Below, in pieces: positions 24,828 through 35,030 of a stretch of DNA of 64,000 nt. Position numbers and translations under genes: made by a program. Origin of the DNA: Coraliomargaritaceae bacterium (lineage in GTDB: Bacteria > Verrucomicrobiota > Verrucomicrobiia > Opitutales > Coraliomargaritaceae). Where the stretch lies: positions 352,259-416,258 of the forward strand of contig CBFHKU010000001.1 in assembly GCA_965656495.1 (NCBI GenBank), written 5' to 3'. Under the pieces are notes generated by a model. The model was not told the DNA's origin. It saw only the letters and a list, made by a program, of their open reading frames with translations, and made no database searches. Within the stretch, counting starts at the first letter, position 1. The number at the start of each line of letters is the position of its first letter.

Positions 24828-26198
24828 TCATTCTTTGGTGTAAAGACTCTTGGGCACCCGATCAAAAAATTCTTCGATAAACTTGGTGGTGGCTTTTCCT
24901 TTGCGGAATTCCGGGTCACGAATGATGGCGCGGGCGAAGCTAATATTGGTGTTGATACCGCGAATGAGGTATTCGCCCAAGGCCCGGTCCATCCGGTCGA
25001 GGGCGAGTTCGCGGGTGCGCCCAAAGGTAATCACCTTGGCGATCATGCTGTCGTAATTCGGTGGGATGGCATAACCGCCATAGCAATGAGAGTCGATTCG
25101 CACACCGTGACCCCCCGGAGAGTAGTAGAGGTCAATCATACCCGGGCAGGGTGCGAAATTGCGGGCCGGATCCTCTGCGCAAACACGACACTCGATGGCA
25201 TGTCGAAGGATTTTAACGTCCTTTTGCTCGTAGCTGAGTTTTTTGCCGCTAGCGATGAGGAGTTGTTCCTTTACGAGGTCGATGCCGGTCACTTCTTCGG
25301 TGACGCCATGTTCAACCTGAATACGGGTGTTCATCTCGATGAAGTAATAGTTGCCGTCGCCATCGACCAGGAATTCGACCGTTCCGGCACCTTCGTATTT
25401 AACGGACTTTGCGAGCTTGACAGCGTCGCGGCCCATTTTCTTACGGGTGTCGTCATTTATAAAAGGGGAGGGTGCTTCCTCGACGAGTTTTTGGTGGCGA
25501 CGCTGGACCGAGCAGTCGCGCTCTCCGAGGTGAATAACGTTTCCTTTTTGGTCGCCCAGGAGCTGGATTTCGATATGGCGCGGGGCTTCGAGGAATTTTT
25601 CAATATAAACCTCGCCGTTACCAAAGGCATTTTCGGCCTCGTTGCGGGCATTGGTGTATTCCTTCTTGAAGGCAACCGCGTTGTGAGCGGTGCGCATCCC
25701 TTTACCGCCGCCACCCGCTACAGCTTTAATAATGACGGGGAAACCGATTTTTTTGGCAACCGCCAGGGCATCTTTGTCGTTATTGACGACGCCTTCGCTA
25801 CCTGGAATGACGGGTACTTTGGCTTTTACCGCCATTTCGCGGGCGCGGGCCTTATCGCCAAAATTGATGATGGCGTCGGAACTGGGGCCGATAAATTTGA
25901 TATTACATTTTTCGCACTGCTCCGCAAAGTCAGCATTTTCTGCGAGGAATCCGTAGCCCGGGTGGATGGCGTCCACGTCGGCAATTTCAGCGGCAGCGAT
26001 GATGCGGTCGCCCTTGAGGTAGCTCTGGTTGCCCGGTGGCGGTCCGATGCAGATAGCTTCGTCCGCCAGTTGAACGTGGAGGGATTGCTCGTCTGCCTGT
26101 GAGTAAACGGCGAGGGTCTTAATGCCCAGTTCGTTACAGGCGCGGACAATGCGGAGTGCAATTTCACCCCGGTTTGCGATGAGTACTTTTTTGATCAT
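24828..26198 (-). CDS. accC: acetyl-CoA carboxylase biotin carboxylase subunit
   Basis: [56 protein letters not shown]. Confidence 0.97.
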   Translation of the reverse strand: MIKKVLIANRGEIALRIVRACNELGIKTLAVYSQADEQSLHVQLADEAICIGPPPGNQSYLKGDRIIAAAEIADVDAIHPGYGFLAENADFAEQCEKCNIKFIGPSSDAIINFGDKARAREMAVKAKVPVIPGSEGVVNNDKDALAVAKKIGFPVIIKAVAGGGGKGMRTAHNAVAFKKEYTNARNEAENAFGNGEVYIEKFLEAPRHIEIQLLGDQKGNVIHLGERDCSVQRRHQKLVEEAPSPFINDDTRKKMGRDAVKLAKSVKYEGAGTVEFLVDGDGNYYFIEMNTRIQVEHGVTEEVTGIDLVKEQLLIASGKKLSYEQKDVKILRHAIECRVCAEDPARNFAPCPGMIDLYYSPGGHGVRIDSHCYGGYAIPPNYDSMIAKVITFGRTRELALDRMDRALGEYLIRGINTNISFARAIIRDPEFRKGKATTKFIEEFFDRVPKSLYTKE

Positions 26199-26220
26199 GC
26201 TGCTTGGAGCGAAGGCTTGA

Positions 26221-26679
26221 TTACTGCTTAACCTTGAAGAGCGGCTGGCCGAATTCAATCGCGTCACCATTCTCGACGAGGATTTCAGTGATGGTGCCCT
26301 TGATCTCGGCCTGGATTTCATTCATGACCTTCATGGCTTCAACAATACAGACCACGCTATCTTCGGAAATTTTAGCGCCCACATCCACAAAGGCAGGGCT
26401 ATCGGGGGAGGGTGAGCGGTAGAAAGTGCCGACCATCGGGGACTTGACCACGCTGGTACCCGGCTCATCGCCTGCGGGTGCAGGGGCCTCCGCAGCGGGT
26501 GCGGGAGCAGCGGCGGGCGCGGCGGCCTGAGCGACAGGAGCGGCCTGCAGAATTTGCGGGACAGATTCACCGCTCTTGCGGGAGAGGCGTAGCTTGAAGC
26601 CCTCCTCCTCAAGCTCAAACTCGCTGAGTTCCGAGCGTTTCATTAAATCGATGACTTGCTTGATTGCTTTGAGATCCAA
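26221..26679 (-). CDS. accB: biotin carboxyl carrier protein
   Basis: SPMVGTFY, biotinylation motif EAMKVMNEI, Ala/Pro linker; TTG start. Confidence 0.96.
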   Translation of the reverse strand: MDLKAIKQVIDLMKRSELSEFELEEEGFKLRLSRKSGESVPQILQAAPVAQAAAPAAAPAPAAEAPAPAGDEPGTSVVKSPMVGTFYRSPSPDSPAFVDVGAKISEDSVVCIVEAMKVMNEIQAEIKGTITEILVENGDAIEFGQPLFKVKQ

Positions 26680-26795
26680 GGTCGGGTCCTTTCTATATGG
26701 GTTAAGCTTAAGTTTGAGAAGTGTTCTTTATAAACAGAAGAAGAAGCATTTATGAGACCGTTTGTAAAGCGAGCTTTTTGGAGCCTGTTTATGGG

Positions 26796-28160
26796 TTACT
26801 GGCGCCCTTGGATCGGTTTTCTGCTTTTTTTGAAGCGACTACCAAAGAGCGCTGCTTCCGGAAAGAGGATTCTAGCTGGAACCTTATAGGGGGTAAGGTG
26901 TTTTCGGCAATAGTTTTTAATTTTTCTTTTTAGAGCAGGCAGGTCCGTTTTTACTCGGGGAACAATCTCAGCGGCAACATTTTGGCCAGTGATGGCATTT
27001 TGTTCACCGTACACCAGACAATCGGCAACATCAGGGATTTCCATGAGAATGCTCTCAACCTCAGAGGGTGTAACTTTTTCACCACCAACGTTGATGATAT
27101 CTTCACGTCGACCGAGGATAGTTAGGTAACCATCCTTGGATTCTACGACGCTGTCGCCAGTTTTAAACCATCCATCCTTGGTAAAGCGTGACATCTCATG
27201 GTTCAGATAGCCGAGGATTTGATTGCGTGAGCGCAACCAGAGCTCTCCCTCTACGATTTTGTATTCGGTGTCAGGGTCATCGATCTTTATCTGTGTACTA
27301 TCGGAAGCCCGGCTCACGGTTTGAGAAATACCGGTTTCGCTTGTGCCAAAGGTTTGAATGAAATTGGTGTTGGGGAGCGTTTCCTTGAGCCGCTTCAAGA
27401 GGCTTTCCGGCATTGGTTCCGTTCCGTAGGTTACAAAACGAAGGCTTTTCAGGTCATGTTCCTGACATGCACCACTCAGGAGGAGCAAATTCAGAAATGT
27501 TGGCGATGCGGGGAGCAATTTTACTGAATATTGGTCGATGGCAGCTGCAACACTTCTTGGTTCCCGGGAATTTGGGATGACAATTTTTGCACCACTGGCA
27601 AGTCCATTGAAGAGAGTATTGAGTCCGCCTATGTGATCAAACAGCAGGAAGATCAAAATACTGAGATTACGGGCACGTTTTTTTTCAAAAGCCTGAAGGA
27701 GGCGATCTGCGTCGTGTACCATTGCTTTGGGTTTACCGGTGCTGCCACTGCTGAAAAGGATGAGGCCTGGGTGCTCGATTTCCTGAAGCGCTGCAACAAG
27801 CGAGTGGGGTGCTGCTTTTTCGCCTGTGGGAGTGATTTCAGGACTTCCGCTCTTGAGTGATAGGTGCCATGTGAGGTTTGCCTCCTTGATTCGGGATGCA
27901 AGTTCTGCCGGGGAGAGCTCGGTGGCGGGTGCGGCAATGGCCTTATGGTTGAAGAGGGCAAGCAGGGCCGCAACTGATTCCAGCGAATAATCCGCTTCGA
28001 GCAATACGGAATCGCCTGCGCCAATACCGTGTAGCTCGAGTAGATTTTGGGTTCTTTCGATTTCGCGGGCTAAATCAGCATAGCTGAAGGTTTGATTCTT
28101 GTGAACGAAACAAGCGCGATCCTCGAAGGACTCAATTCGTTTGCTGAGCCATTGGGTCAT
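26796..28160 (-). CDS. AMP-dependent acyl-CoA/acyl-ACP ligase (ANL superfamily)
   Basis: FSSGSTGKPK, FGTSET, WFKTGD, GRREDIINVGGEKV.P.EVE, YKVP. Confidence 0.9.
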   Translation of the reverse strand: MTQWLSKRIESFEDRACFVHKNQTFSYADLAREIERTQNLLELHGIGAGDSVLLEADYSLESVAALLALFNHKAIAAPATELSPAELASRIKEANLTWHLSLKSGSPEITPTGEKAAPHSLVAALQEIEHPGLILFSSGSTGKPKAMVHDADRLLQAFEKKRARNLSILIFLLFDHIGGLNTLFNGLASGAKIVIPNSREPRSVAAAIDQYSVKLLPASPTFLNLLLLSGACQEHDLKSLRFVTYGTEPMPESLLKRLKETLPNTNFIQTFGTSETGISQTVSRASDSTQIKIDDPDTEYKIVEGELWLRSRNQILGYLNHEMSRFTKDGWFKTGDSVVESKDGYLTILGRREDIINVGGEKVTPSEVESILMEIPDVADCLVYGEQNAITGQNVAAEIVPRVKTDLPALKRKIKNYCRKHLTPYKVPARILFPEAALFGSRFKKSRKPIQGRQ

Positions 28161-28168
28161 GTTGATGC

Positions 28169-28867
28169 TTAGGCAACGCCGCCAAGGTAAAGGGTTTGAG
28201 CGGTGATGAAATCGCTCTCTTCATCCAAAAAGAAATCGACGCATTTTATAACGTCCTGAGTCGTGCCGAGTCTTTGGATGGCTTGTTGTTGAACGAGGGA
28301 ATCAATGGCCTCCCTGGGAACGGTTCGGGTGAGATCGGTATCAATAGGAGTCGGCCCAATTGCGTTAACCGTAATACCCAATGGGCCGAGTTCTTTTGCC
28401 GCGGTCCGAGTCAGGGACTCAAGTGCCGCTTTACTGGCGGCATATACGGCTTCACCCTCGAGGTTGAGGGGTGCCGCGATGCTGCTTAGATTCACAATAC
28501 GCCCTTTTTTCTGGCGGCTCATTTGTTTGGCGCATTCACGCATGCAAATGAAACTACCGGTTATATTTGTTTCAAAAACCGAGCGGCAGGTTTCGGCGGG
28601 CGTGAGGAGGAAGTGGTTCATTGAAGCGATGCCAGCGTTATTTATGAGCGCATAAATTGGACCGATGTCGCGCTTGATTGAACGGATCATGGCCACAACT
28701 GCGGCCTCGTCCGCAACATCCAGGGTGTAGTGGTGGTAATTTGCGGACTGGATGTCTGTTTTTTTACGACTACAGCCTGCAACCCGCCAGCCTTTTTCAA
28801 GGAGGTGTTCCGCAAGGGCCCGCCCGATGCCTTTGCGCGTTCCCGTTATTAGTGCGAGCTTACTCAT
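28169..28867 (-). CDS. SDR oxidoreductase, 3-oxoacyl-ACP reductase-like
   Basis: TGTRKGIG, NNAG, YAASK. Start MSKLAL overlaps the ACP stop. Confidence 0.9.
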   Translation of the reverse strand: MSKLALITGTRKGIGRALAEHLLEKGWRVAGCSRKKTDIQSANYHHYTLDVADEAAVVAMIRSIKRDIGPIYALINNAGIASMNHFLLTPAETCRSVFETNITGSFICMRECAKQMSRQKKGRIVNLSSIAAPLNLEGEAVYAASKAALESLTRTAAKELGPLGITVNAIGPTPIDTDLTRTVPREAIDSLVQQQAIQRLGTTQDVIKCVDFFLDEESDFITAQTLYLGGVA

Positions 28868-29174
28868 TTTTTTCGGCCTCAGTGATAAGTTCCAGAATAT
28901 AGTCGATGCATGAGGCAACTCTGCGGAAGGGAGAATGGGTGCGGCTCATCGCGCTTTGATTGGCGAGGGTTATGTCAATCTGGTGCTCATCGGATAGACG
29001 TTCTTCGATATCAGCGATGAAATTGACAAGGCCCATACTGTCGAGGCTGCTGCGCGCACCAAAAAGACGGGTCGTTTCATCTCCGGTCGCCAGATCTGGC
29101 TTTTCAAGATCTTCGCCGAGCTCGTGCAGGGTTTTGAGGACAAGGGCGGCGATTTCTTTCCTTTCGAGTGACAT
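28860..29174 (-). CDS. acyl carrier protein
   Basis: LDSMGLV phosphopantetheine motif; acidic, 104 aa. Confidence 0.85.
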   Translation of the reverse strand: MSLERKEIAALVLKTLHELGEDLEKPDLATGDETTRLFGARSSLDSMGLVNFIADIEERLSDEHQIDITLANQSAMSRTHSPFRRVASCIDYILELITEAEKNE

Positions 29175-29341
29175 AGATGGGATTTATGGAAATATGACTA
29201 AAGCTTGGAGAATCTATTTATGAGAGCTTTTACAACGGAATTGCGGTTTGTAGCAAGTAGGAATGGGGTGGATGGTGTTTTGCTGGTGTGGGGAAGAATG
29301 GGCTTCCACTTTAATGCTCAGGTCGACAATCTGTGTAAGTC

Positions 29342-30421
29342 ATGGCAAAAAGTAAATTAAAGGGTGCACGCTTGGAAGGGGTGGTTACATGCGTGCCTCC
29401 AACTGAGAAATGTATTGATGATGAAATCGAACTTTTTGGTGGAAATGCCAAGCAGATTGCGCGTTTGAAAAAGACAATTGGCTTGGATCGGCGCCGGGTA
29501 GTGGATGAGGGGATCACGGCGCTTGATTTGTGCGCATCTGCGGCGGAGCACTTATTGAAGACGGCATCGATCGATCCCGATACGGTGGATGGAATGCTAT
29601 TTGTGACGCAGACGGCGGATTATTCGCAGCCATGTAATGCCGCGGTTCTGCACGGCCGTTTGGGGCTTTCGAAAAATTGTGCGGCGCTGGATGTTAACCT
29701 CGGATGCTCCGGTTACGTCTATGGGCTATGGCTGGCGCATACGATGGTAAGCACGGGTGCCTGCCGGCGCGTGCTTTTGTTGGCGGGAGATACGCTGAGT
29801 CGCCAGGTCAATCCCCGCGATCGTTCGGTTGCCCCTGTTTTTGGTGATGGCGGGAGTGCGACTTTGGTGCAGGCATGTGCCGATTCGGAGGCTTGGTTTA
29901 GTCTGCACACGGATGGTAGTGGATATGAAAAATTAATGGTGCCGGCGGGAGGGATGCGGACACCGCGAGGTCCGGAGACGCAAACAGAGAAGCGGGACGA
30001 AGAGGGCAATGTCAGGAGTTTGGAGAATTTATTTATGGATGGCCCTGAAATTTTTAATTTTTCCATCACGGAGGAACCGCAAAGCGTGCAGGAAATGTTG
30101 GACTTTGCCGGCTTGGATGTGGAGGCGATCAGCCATTTTGTTTTTCATCAGGCAAACCGCTATATCCTTGGGAATATTGCCAAACGTTTGAAATTGGACC
30201 CTATGCGGGTGCCAATGAAAACGGTAGAGAAGTATGGCAACCAGAGTAGTGCTTCAATACCTTGCGCGCTGTGTTACGAATTGGGCGATTTGCTCAAGGG
30301 TTCCGTTCCGCAAAAATTACTGATGTCCGGGTTTGGGGTGGGGCTGTCCTGGGCTAGCGCAATCGTAGAAATTGGCAGCCTGCCGGTGTGCGAAGTCATA
30401 GAGCTGGAGCGCCCCAATTAG
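29342..30421 (+). CDS. 3-oxoacyl-ACP synthase III (FabH-like)
   Basis: Cys-His-Asn triad [28 protein letters not shown]. Confidence 0.92.
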   Translation: MAKSKLKGARLEGVVTCVPPTEKCIDDEIELFGGNAKQIARLKKTIGLDRRRVVDEGITALDLCASAAEHLLKTASIDPDTVDGMLFVTQTADYSQPCNAAVLHGRLGLSKNCAALDVNLGCSGYVYGLWLAHTMVSTGACRRVLLLAGDTLSRQVNPRDRSVAPVFGDGGSATLVQACADSEAWFSLHTDGSGYEKLMVPAGGMRTPRGPETQTEKRDEEGNVRSLENLFMDGPEIFNFSITEEPQSVQEMLDFAGLDVEAISHFVFHQANRYILGNIAKRLKLDPMRVPMKTVEKYGNQSSASIPCALCYELGDLLKGSVPQKLLMSGFGVGLSWASAIVEIGSLPVCEVIELERPN

Positions 30422-30460
30422 ACTTGTGCTTAAAATAAAACTCCCATTGAGTCAAAGGCG

Positions 30461-30706
30461 ATGCGTCTAAACAAACTGATCAAAATTTTTGAGGACTCTT
30501 TGGATGAAATCCCCAAGGGTAGTTTGACGGAAACGACTGAATACAAGAAGCTTAAGTCTTGGGATTCGCTTGGGGTTTTGACGGTCGTCGACGGAATTGA
30601 GATGGAGTTTGGGGTACTCGTTTTGAAACAGGACTTTGATGCGGCGGCAACACTTGCGGAGCTTTACGAGCTTATTGAACGAAAGGGAGGCGTTAGCGGG
30701 AAATGA
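30461..30706 (+). CDS. acyl carrier protein
   Basis: WDSLG motif, 81 aa, directly after the FabH-like gene. Confidence 0.85.
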   Translation: MRLNKLIKIFEDSLDEIPKGSLTETTEYKKLKSWDSLGVLTVVDGIEMEFGVLVLKQDFDAAATLAELYELIERKGGVSGK

Positions 30707-31335
30707 AGCATTTATACATTGTGGGAGCCGGAGGTTTTGGCCGCGAGCTCTACAACTGGCTGGAGGATCTTGAGGCTGCCAGTAAGGAGTGGCAGCTTCG
30801 GGGCTTTCTGGATGATGATTTGTCAGCATTGGACGGCTTTAGTTACCCCCACGCTGTTGTTGGTAGTATTGCAGAGCACCAACCCCGGGAGGATGATTTG
30901 TATGTTTGCGGTATCGGTTCGCAACGTATTAAGCGCAAAGTGTGTGAAGCGCTGCAATCCAAGGGGGCGAATTTTATAACTGTGGTTCATCCATCCGTAA
31001 AGATGGGTCGGAACGTCCGACTAGGGGAAGGGGTGGTGCTCTGTCCGCGAGTCACCTTAACCTGCGATATTGAGGTTGGCGCCATGACGATGGCAAATTG
31101 CCACACAACCATTGGTCATGATGTGCGGATTGGAGCATGGGCAACCATCAGCGCAAATTGTGATTTGACGGGGCATACTGAAATTGGCGAGGCTGCCTAC
31201 TTTGGTTCGGGCGCTCGAGTCATTCCAGGTAAGAAAGTGGGCGCCCGCGCAGTTGTGGGCGCCGGTTCGGTGGTCATTCGCGATGTCCCGGAAGGCGTGA
31301 GTGTCTTTGGGAATCCGGCTCGTATTTTCAACTAG
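30703..31335 (+). CDS. sugar N/O-acyltransferase (NeuD/PglD/VioB hexapeptide-repeat family)
   Basis: IVGAGGFGRE, GFLDD, HP.V, IGHD, VGAGSVV.RDVP....GNPAR. Confidence 0.9.
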   Translation: MKHLYIVGAGGFGRELYNWLEDLEAASKEWQLRGFLDDDLSALDGFSYPHAVVGSIAEHQPREDDLYVCGIGSQRIKRKVCEALQSKGANFITVVHPSVKMGRNVRLGEGVVLCPRVTLTCDIEVGAMTMANCHTTIGHDVRIGAWATISANCDLTGHTEIGEAAYFGSGARVIPGKKVGARAVVGAGSVVIRDVPEGVSVFGNPARIFN

Positions 31336-31357
31336 CAGGATAGCTGGTAAGCGCCTG

Positions 31358-32044
31358 CTAGTCTGTTTTTTTGTGCATACCCAGACCCCACAAGGCCTCA
31401 TTGATGCTTTCAAAACCAACTAATTGCTCTAAAGCCTCGATTTCTTTATTGCTCGATAATCGAATAAAGAACTGCTCTTTGCGCTGGTTCAGGCCATGTT
31501 TTTGAATGTCCTTGAGGGCGTTGAGGTAGTAGCTGTGTTTTTTCTGTTTGTAGCTATTGGATTTACCGCCAACCAGATGCCAGAAATAAACGTTTTGAGC
31601 GCTGCCATCTTTTTCGTATATTCCGAATTCAGCCGGCTCGAAGCTTTTCCCAAACTGTTCGAAGGGAACACTGTATTTGCGCTCACAGCGGGTCCAGCCA
31701 TTGATAACCCAACAGGTGTCCGGGGTATGAGACCCCGCCCAGCGGTAAGAGACCTTGCCGGGCTTCCAATAGGCAACGTAGACGCCTATAAATGTATCGC
31801 CACGGCGGTAGGTTCGGAAAATGGCGTCGTCAAAGTTCAGAAAATCGGTGATACGAGCGCTGGCCTCGGGCGATTCTGCCATGTCATGCTCCTCCACTTG
31901 CCATCCCGCGAGTTGCTTGGGCAGTATCTCCGCCAGCGGCTGCTTTAGACTGGGTTCGGGCGGTGGAACGAGGCTAAAGTAAGATCGGAATCCGAGTACC
32001 GCCAGCAAACAGGCTGCAAGGAATAGGAGGATTACATTTTTCAT
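31358..32044 (-). CDS. exosortase-associated EpsI family protein
   Basis: N-terminal anchor, R.Y.....I.VYVAYW, HTPDTCW...GW, VYFWH. Confidence 0.75.
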   Translation of the reverse strand: MKNVILLFLAACLLAVLGFRSYFSLVPPPEPSLKQPLAEILPKQLAGWQVEEHDMAESPEASARITDFLNFDDAIFRTYRRGDTFIGVYVAYWKPGKVSYRWAGSHTPDTCWVINGWTRCERKYSVPFEQFGKSFEPAEFGIYEKDGSAQNVYFWHLVGGKSNSYKQKKHSYYLNALKDIQKHGLNQRKEQFFIRLSSNKEIEALEQLVGFESINEALWGLGMHKKTD

Positions 32045-32178
32045 GAAGCCACAAAATTAGGTTTTTTATGCTGCTGAGTCAATGCAAGTTACTCCTGCAA
32101 CCCAAAACCTGCATGGGGTTTTCAGCGTTATTTAAGTTGTCATTTTAACGATTATACAATTCGACTTAGATTGACGAT

Positions 32179-34146
32179 ATGAGTTTAGAGAAATCAGCGT
32201 CCAATAATATACAGCCGCTTGAGCTTGCCTTCTTTGGGGAATGTACGATCCCAAACCTGTTGGATTGGCTCGTCACTGGTCTCCTCTGTTTGATTTTGTT
32301 GACGGTAAGCTTCAGCTTAGGCGGGAGTCACGTGGAGTCACAGGTCTTCTATTTGCCTTTGTTTGCTTTGCTGCTAGTCTTTCATGCGCTATACTTGGTA
32401 ACGGTAAATGAGCAGAAGCTTAGAATCAATGCGACGCCGCTGTATCTTATTCCGTTTTTAATTTGGGCTTTATTCAGTACGCTTTTCCTAACTACAACGC
32501 CGCTTCACGCCTGGCATGAATTTCTCTTTTTTCTCGAGGCATTTATCTTTTTTTGGGTGGCCACTAATAATCTGAAAAAGCGGGTGCATTTCGCAACACT
32601 CCTGGTCGTTGGTGTTTTTCCGGTTATTGTCGCACTCTTGCTTTCTTTCTATCAGTTTTTTCAAAAACCGGATTTTGCGCTGTCGATTTTACAGGATTCA
32701 GCAATTGCTCTGCATCCGCAAGTGGTTGGTCGGTCAACTGGTATTTTTGCGGATCCGGAAAGTTTCTCAATGCTCATACTCCTGGTTTTGCCTTGGGCCT
32801 TTGTGGTGACCGCCGTGCCAAGGCTACCCACTATTCTTCGGGTTCTGGGATTTTATGTACTAGTGACGCTTTTTGTTGGATTGGTTCTGAGTCAGACTTT
32901 CTGGTCTTTGCTGGTCGCGATGGTGGGTTGCGTGACTGCGGTAATTTTCTGCTTCGAAAAGTTAAAAACCCGAATTTACATCTCTTTATTGAGCCTTTCA
33001 GTCGCATCGGGAGTGATTGCTTTTTTGATTTCTCAATTTGGGCAAATTGGCCGCAGCTTCAATCAGGCGATTGCAATCGCCGGAGAGGGGAGTCGCCTCT
33101 TTATTTGGGAGCAAACTTTGGGTATCATTTTATCAAATCCCCTATGGGGTAGTGGTGCGGGAAGTTTTGCTCAGGAGATTGAACAGACCGGAAACTTTCA
33201 ATTGTCACAATTAGTGGAATCGCCGTCCAGTGATATGCTTTTGTTGTTAGCGGAGTATGGCTTGCTTGGTTTTGGATTATTTGTGGTGCCAATCTTTTTG
33301 ATTGTGAGCCGTGCCTTTGAACGGTGGTTTAAGGAACCCAGTCGCGTTCGGCTTAAATTTTCCAAGAGGAGGGTCATGCCGCCCCAGCGTTTCTTTCTCA
33401 CAATCGCGCTTGGCGGTGCGTTTGCTTCGTTTGAATGTTTTGTTTTGGGGCGGGTTTGGGCGACTCCGCTTTTGCTATTATACAATGCGATATTTCTCGC
33501 CATTTTGGTAAAGTCTTCGGATGGGTCATTTGTCGAAATTAAAAAGACCGCTTTGACGCAGGTATTGTTCGTGGTGGTACTTGCTATCGGCGGCACATTC
33601 ATGGTATTTTTCTTTAATCCAATCATGCGCTCAGCAGGGCATACCTACGATGGCTTGCAAGGGATGAATAAAAGTTTAAGTTTAAGTAAAGGTACGAGGG
33701 AGCGCACCCGCTTGTTTGAGGCAACTTTTTTAGATTTTGAGGAGGCGATTGCGCTCTATCCACGCAACGGAACTGCTTTGCTGGGATTGGCTGCGACTTA
33801 TTTGCAGAAGTATAATGAATCGCCTTCAGAACATGTACAGATTGGAAAAGAAGCTGCAGACTATGCTCAGCGGGCGATTCAATTAAGTCCCGACAATTGG
33901 CGCGGGTGGGCCTATCTAGGCTTGGCGGAATCGATGCAGGGTAATCCCGTACAGGCGGAGGAAGCTTACCTGGAGGGCTTGAAGCGAGCACCCAGCAGTA
34001 GTAATGCGAATTATTATTACGCAGCCTTTCTGGCGCAGTTACCGGAAAGAAGGCAAGTGGCGCTCAAGGTAGTGGAGGAATCACTGAGAATAAACCCCGC
34101 CAATAATGCGGCCCTGTTGTTAAAGCAAAAACTCTTAATCAAATAA
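32179..34146 (+). CDS. O-antigen ligase (Wzy_C) family membrane protein with C-terminal TPRs
   Basis: Multi-TM; R.TG.F.DP, R..IW......NPLWGSGAGSF, LAEYGLLG; TPR-like helices at the C terminus. Confidence 0.8.
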   Translation: MSLEKSASNNIQPLELAFFGECTIPNLLDWLVTGLLCLILLTVSFSLGGSHVESQVFYLPLFALLLVFHALYLVTVNEQKLRINATPLYLIPFLIWALFSTLFLTTTPLHAWHEFLFFLEAFIFFWVATNNLKKRVHFATLLVVGVFPVIVALLLSFYQFFQKPDFALSILQDSAIALHPQVVGRSTGIFADPESFSMLILLVLPWAFVVTAVPRLPTILRVLGFYVLVTLFVGLVLSQTFWSLLVAMVGCVTAVIFCFEKLKTRIYISLLSLSVASGVIAFLISQFGQIGRSFNQAIAIAGEGSRLFIWEQTLGIILSNPLWGSGAGSFAQEIEQTGNFQLSQLVESPSSDMLLLLAEYGLLGFGLFVVPIFLIVSRAFERWFKEPSRVRLKFSKRRVMPPQRFFLTIALGGAFASFECFVLGRVWATPLLLLYNAIFLAILVKSSDGSFVEIKKTALTQVLFVVVLAIGGTFMVFFFNPIMRSAGHTYDGLQGMNKSLSLSKGTRERTRLFEATFLDFEEAIALYPRNGTALLGLAATYLQKYNESPSEHVQIGKEAADYAQRAIQLSPDNWRGWAYLGLAESMQGNPVQAEEAYLEGLKRAPSSSNANYYYAAFLAQLPERRQVALKVVEESLRINPANNAALLLKQKLLIK

Positions 34147-35021
34147 TGCGACATATTCTGCTATGGTCATCTCTTTTTTTGCTCAGCTCATTGCAGGCGC
34201 AAGACCTGTATCAGGGTGCATTTCTGATTTTAGATCAGGTAGGCGAAGTTGAGGTTTCAGATCACCTAGGGGTAATAGATGAAGCGTCACCTGAGTCAAT
34301 GATGATGCGACCGGGTAATGTGGCGATTGATGCCGCTGAAGGCGGGGAGCTTTTGATTTTAAATTCCAATAAGGTTATCATGCTTATGGAGGGGGCGGGA
34401 AACTTAAGCTTTGAGCGCTTTGATCAGTCGGTGGATACTTCGATGCATGCAGATATTACCAGCGGAAAGAGCCGGATGATTCTAGAGCTTAAAATTGGCA
34501 GACTGCTGATTGATTCATCGCGATATGCAGCGGATGCCCACATTGTGCTTGAGACGCCTTTTGGTCGTTTGACTCTTGGCAAGAAGAGCCTTTTGAGCAT
34601 TTCGATCTCGGAGAATAAAAAACGTAAGCGCTTCAATTTTGAAATCGAGTGCAGTAAGGGAAGTGCAAATTTCACAGACCGAAGTGGACAGCCGTATGAG
34701 CTTTACAACGGTCAGCGCTTGAGCGGTTACAGCAAGGAGGGGTCACTCTCGCTCGGATTTTCTCAGGTTTCTTACAGTAGCAGAAGTGTTTTTAAACAAT
34801 ATGATCAAAAGCTGCCATCGTTTGATCTTGCGCAGTTTGATTTCGAAATTTTCAAGCCCCAGATGAAACTGCTCTTCGGAAAAGACCCTAGAAAGAATGA
34901 CTTGCAGGAAGTATCCGTTAGTAGCCAAAGGTCAAAACGCCCCATTGTGATTGAGGTCGCCCCCCGCCCGGCTCCAACCTTGCCCATTCGCGCCATAAAA
35001 AAGTCGCTACATAAAGAATAA
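34146..35021 (+). CDS. secreted FecR-like domain protein
   Basis: Signal peptide; beta-rich region with L.L..G.L...LETPFG motif; TAATG overlap with the upstream gene. Confidence 0.55.
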   Translation: MRHILLWSSLFLLSSLQAQDLYQGAFLILDQVGEVEVSDHLGVIDEASPESMMMRPGNVAIDAAEGGELLILNSNKVIMLMEGAGNLSFERFDQSVDTSMHADITSGKSRMILELKIGRLLIDSSRYAADAHIVLETPFGRLTLGKKSLLSISISENKKRKRFNFEIECSKGSANFTDRSGQPYELYNGQRLSGYSKEGSLSLGFSQVSYSSRSVFKQYDQKLPSFDLAQFDFEIFKPQMKLLFGKDPRKNDLQEVSVSSQRSKRPIVIEVAPRPAPTLPIRAIKKSLHKE

Positions 35022-35030
35022 TCCACTGTA

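Noticed and set aside
24795..26102. 435-aa plus-strand ORF
   Set aside because: Antisense shadow of accC with no recognisable motifs.
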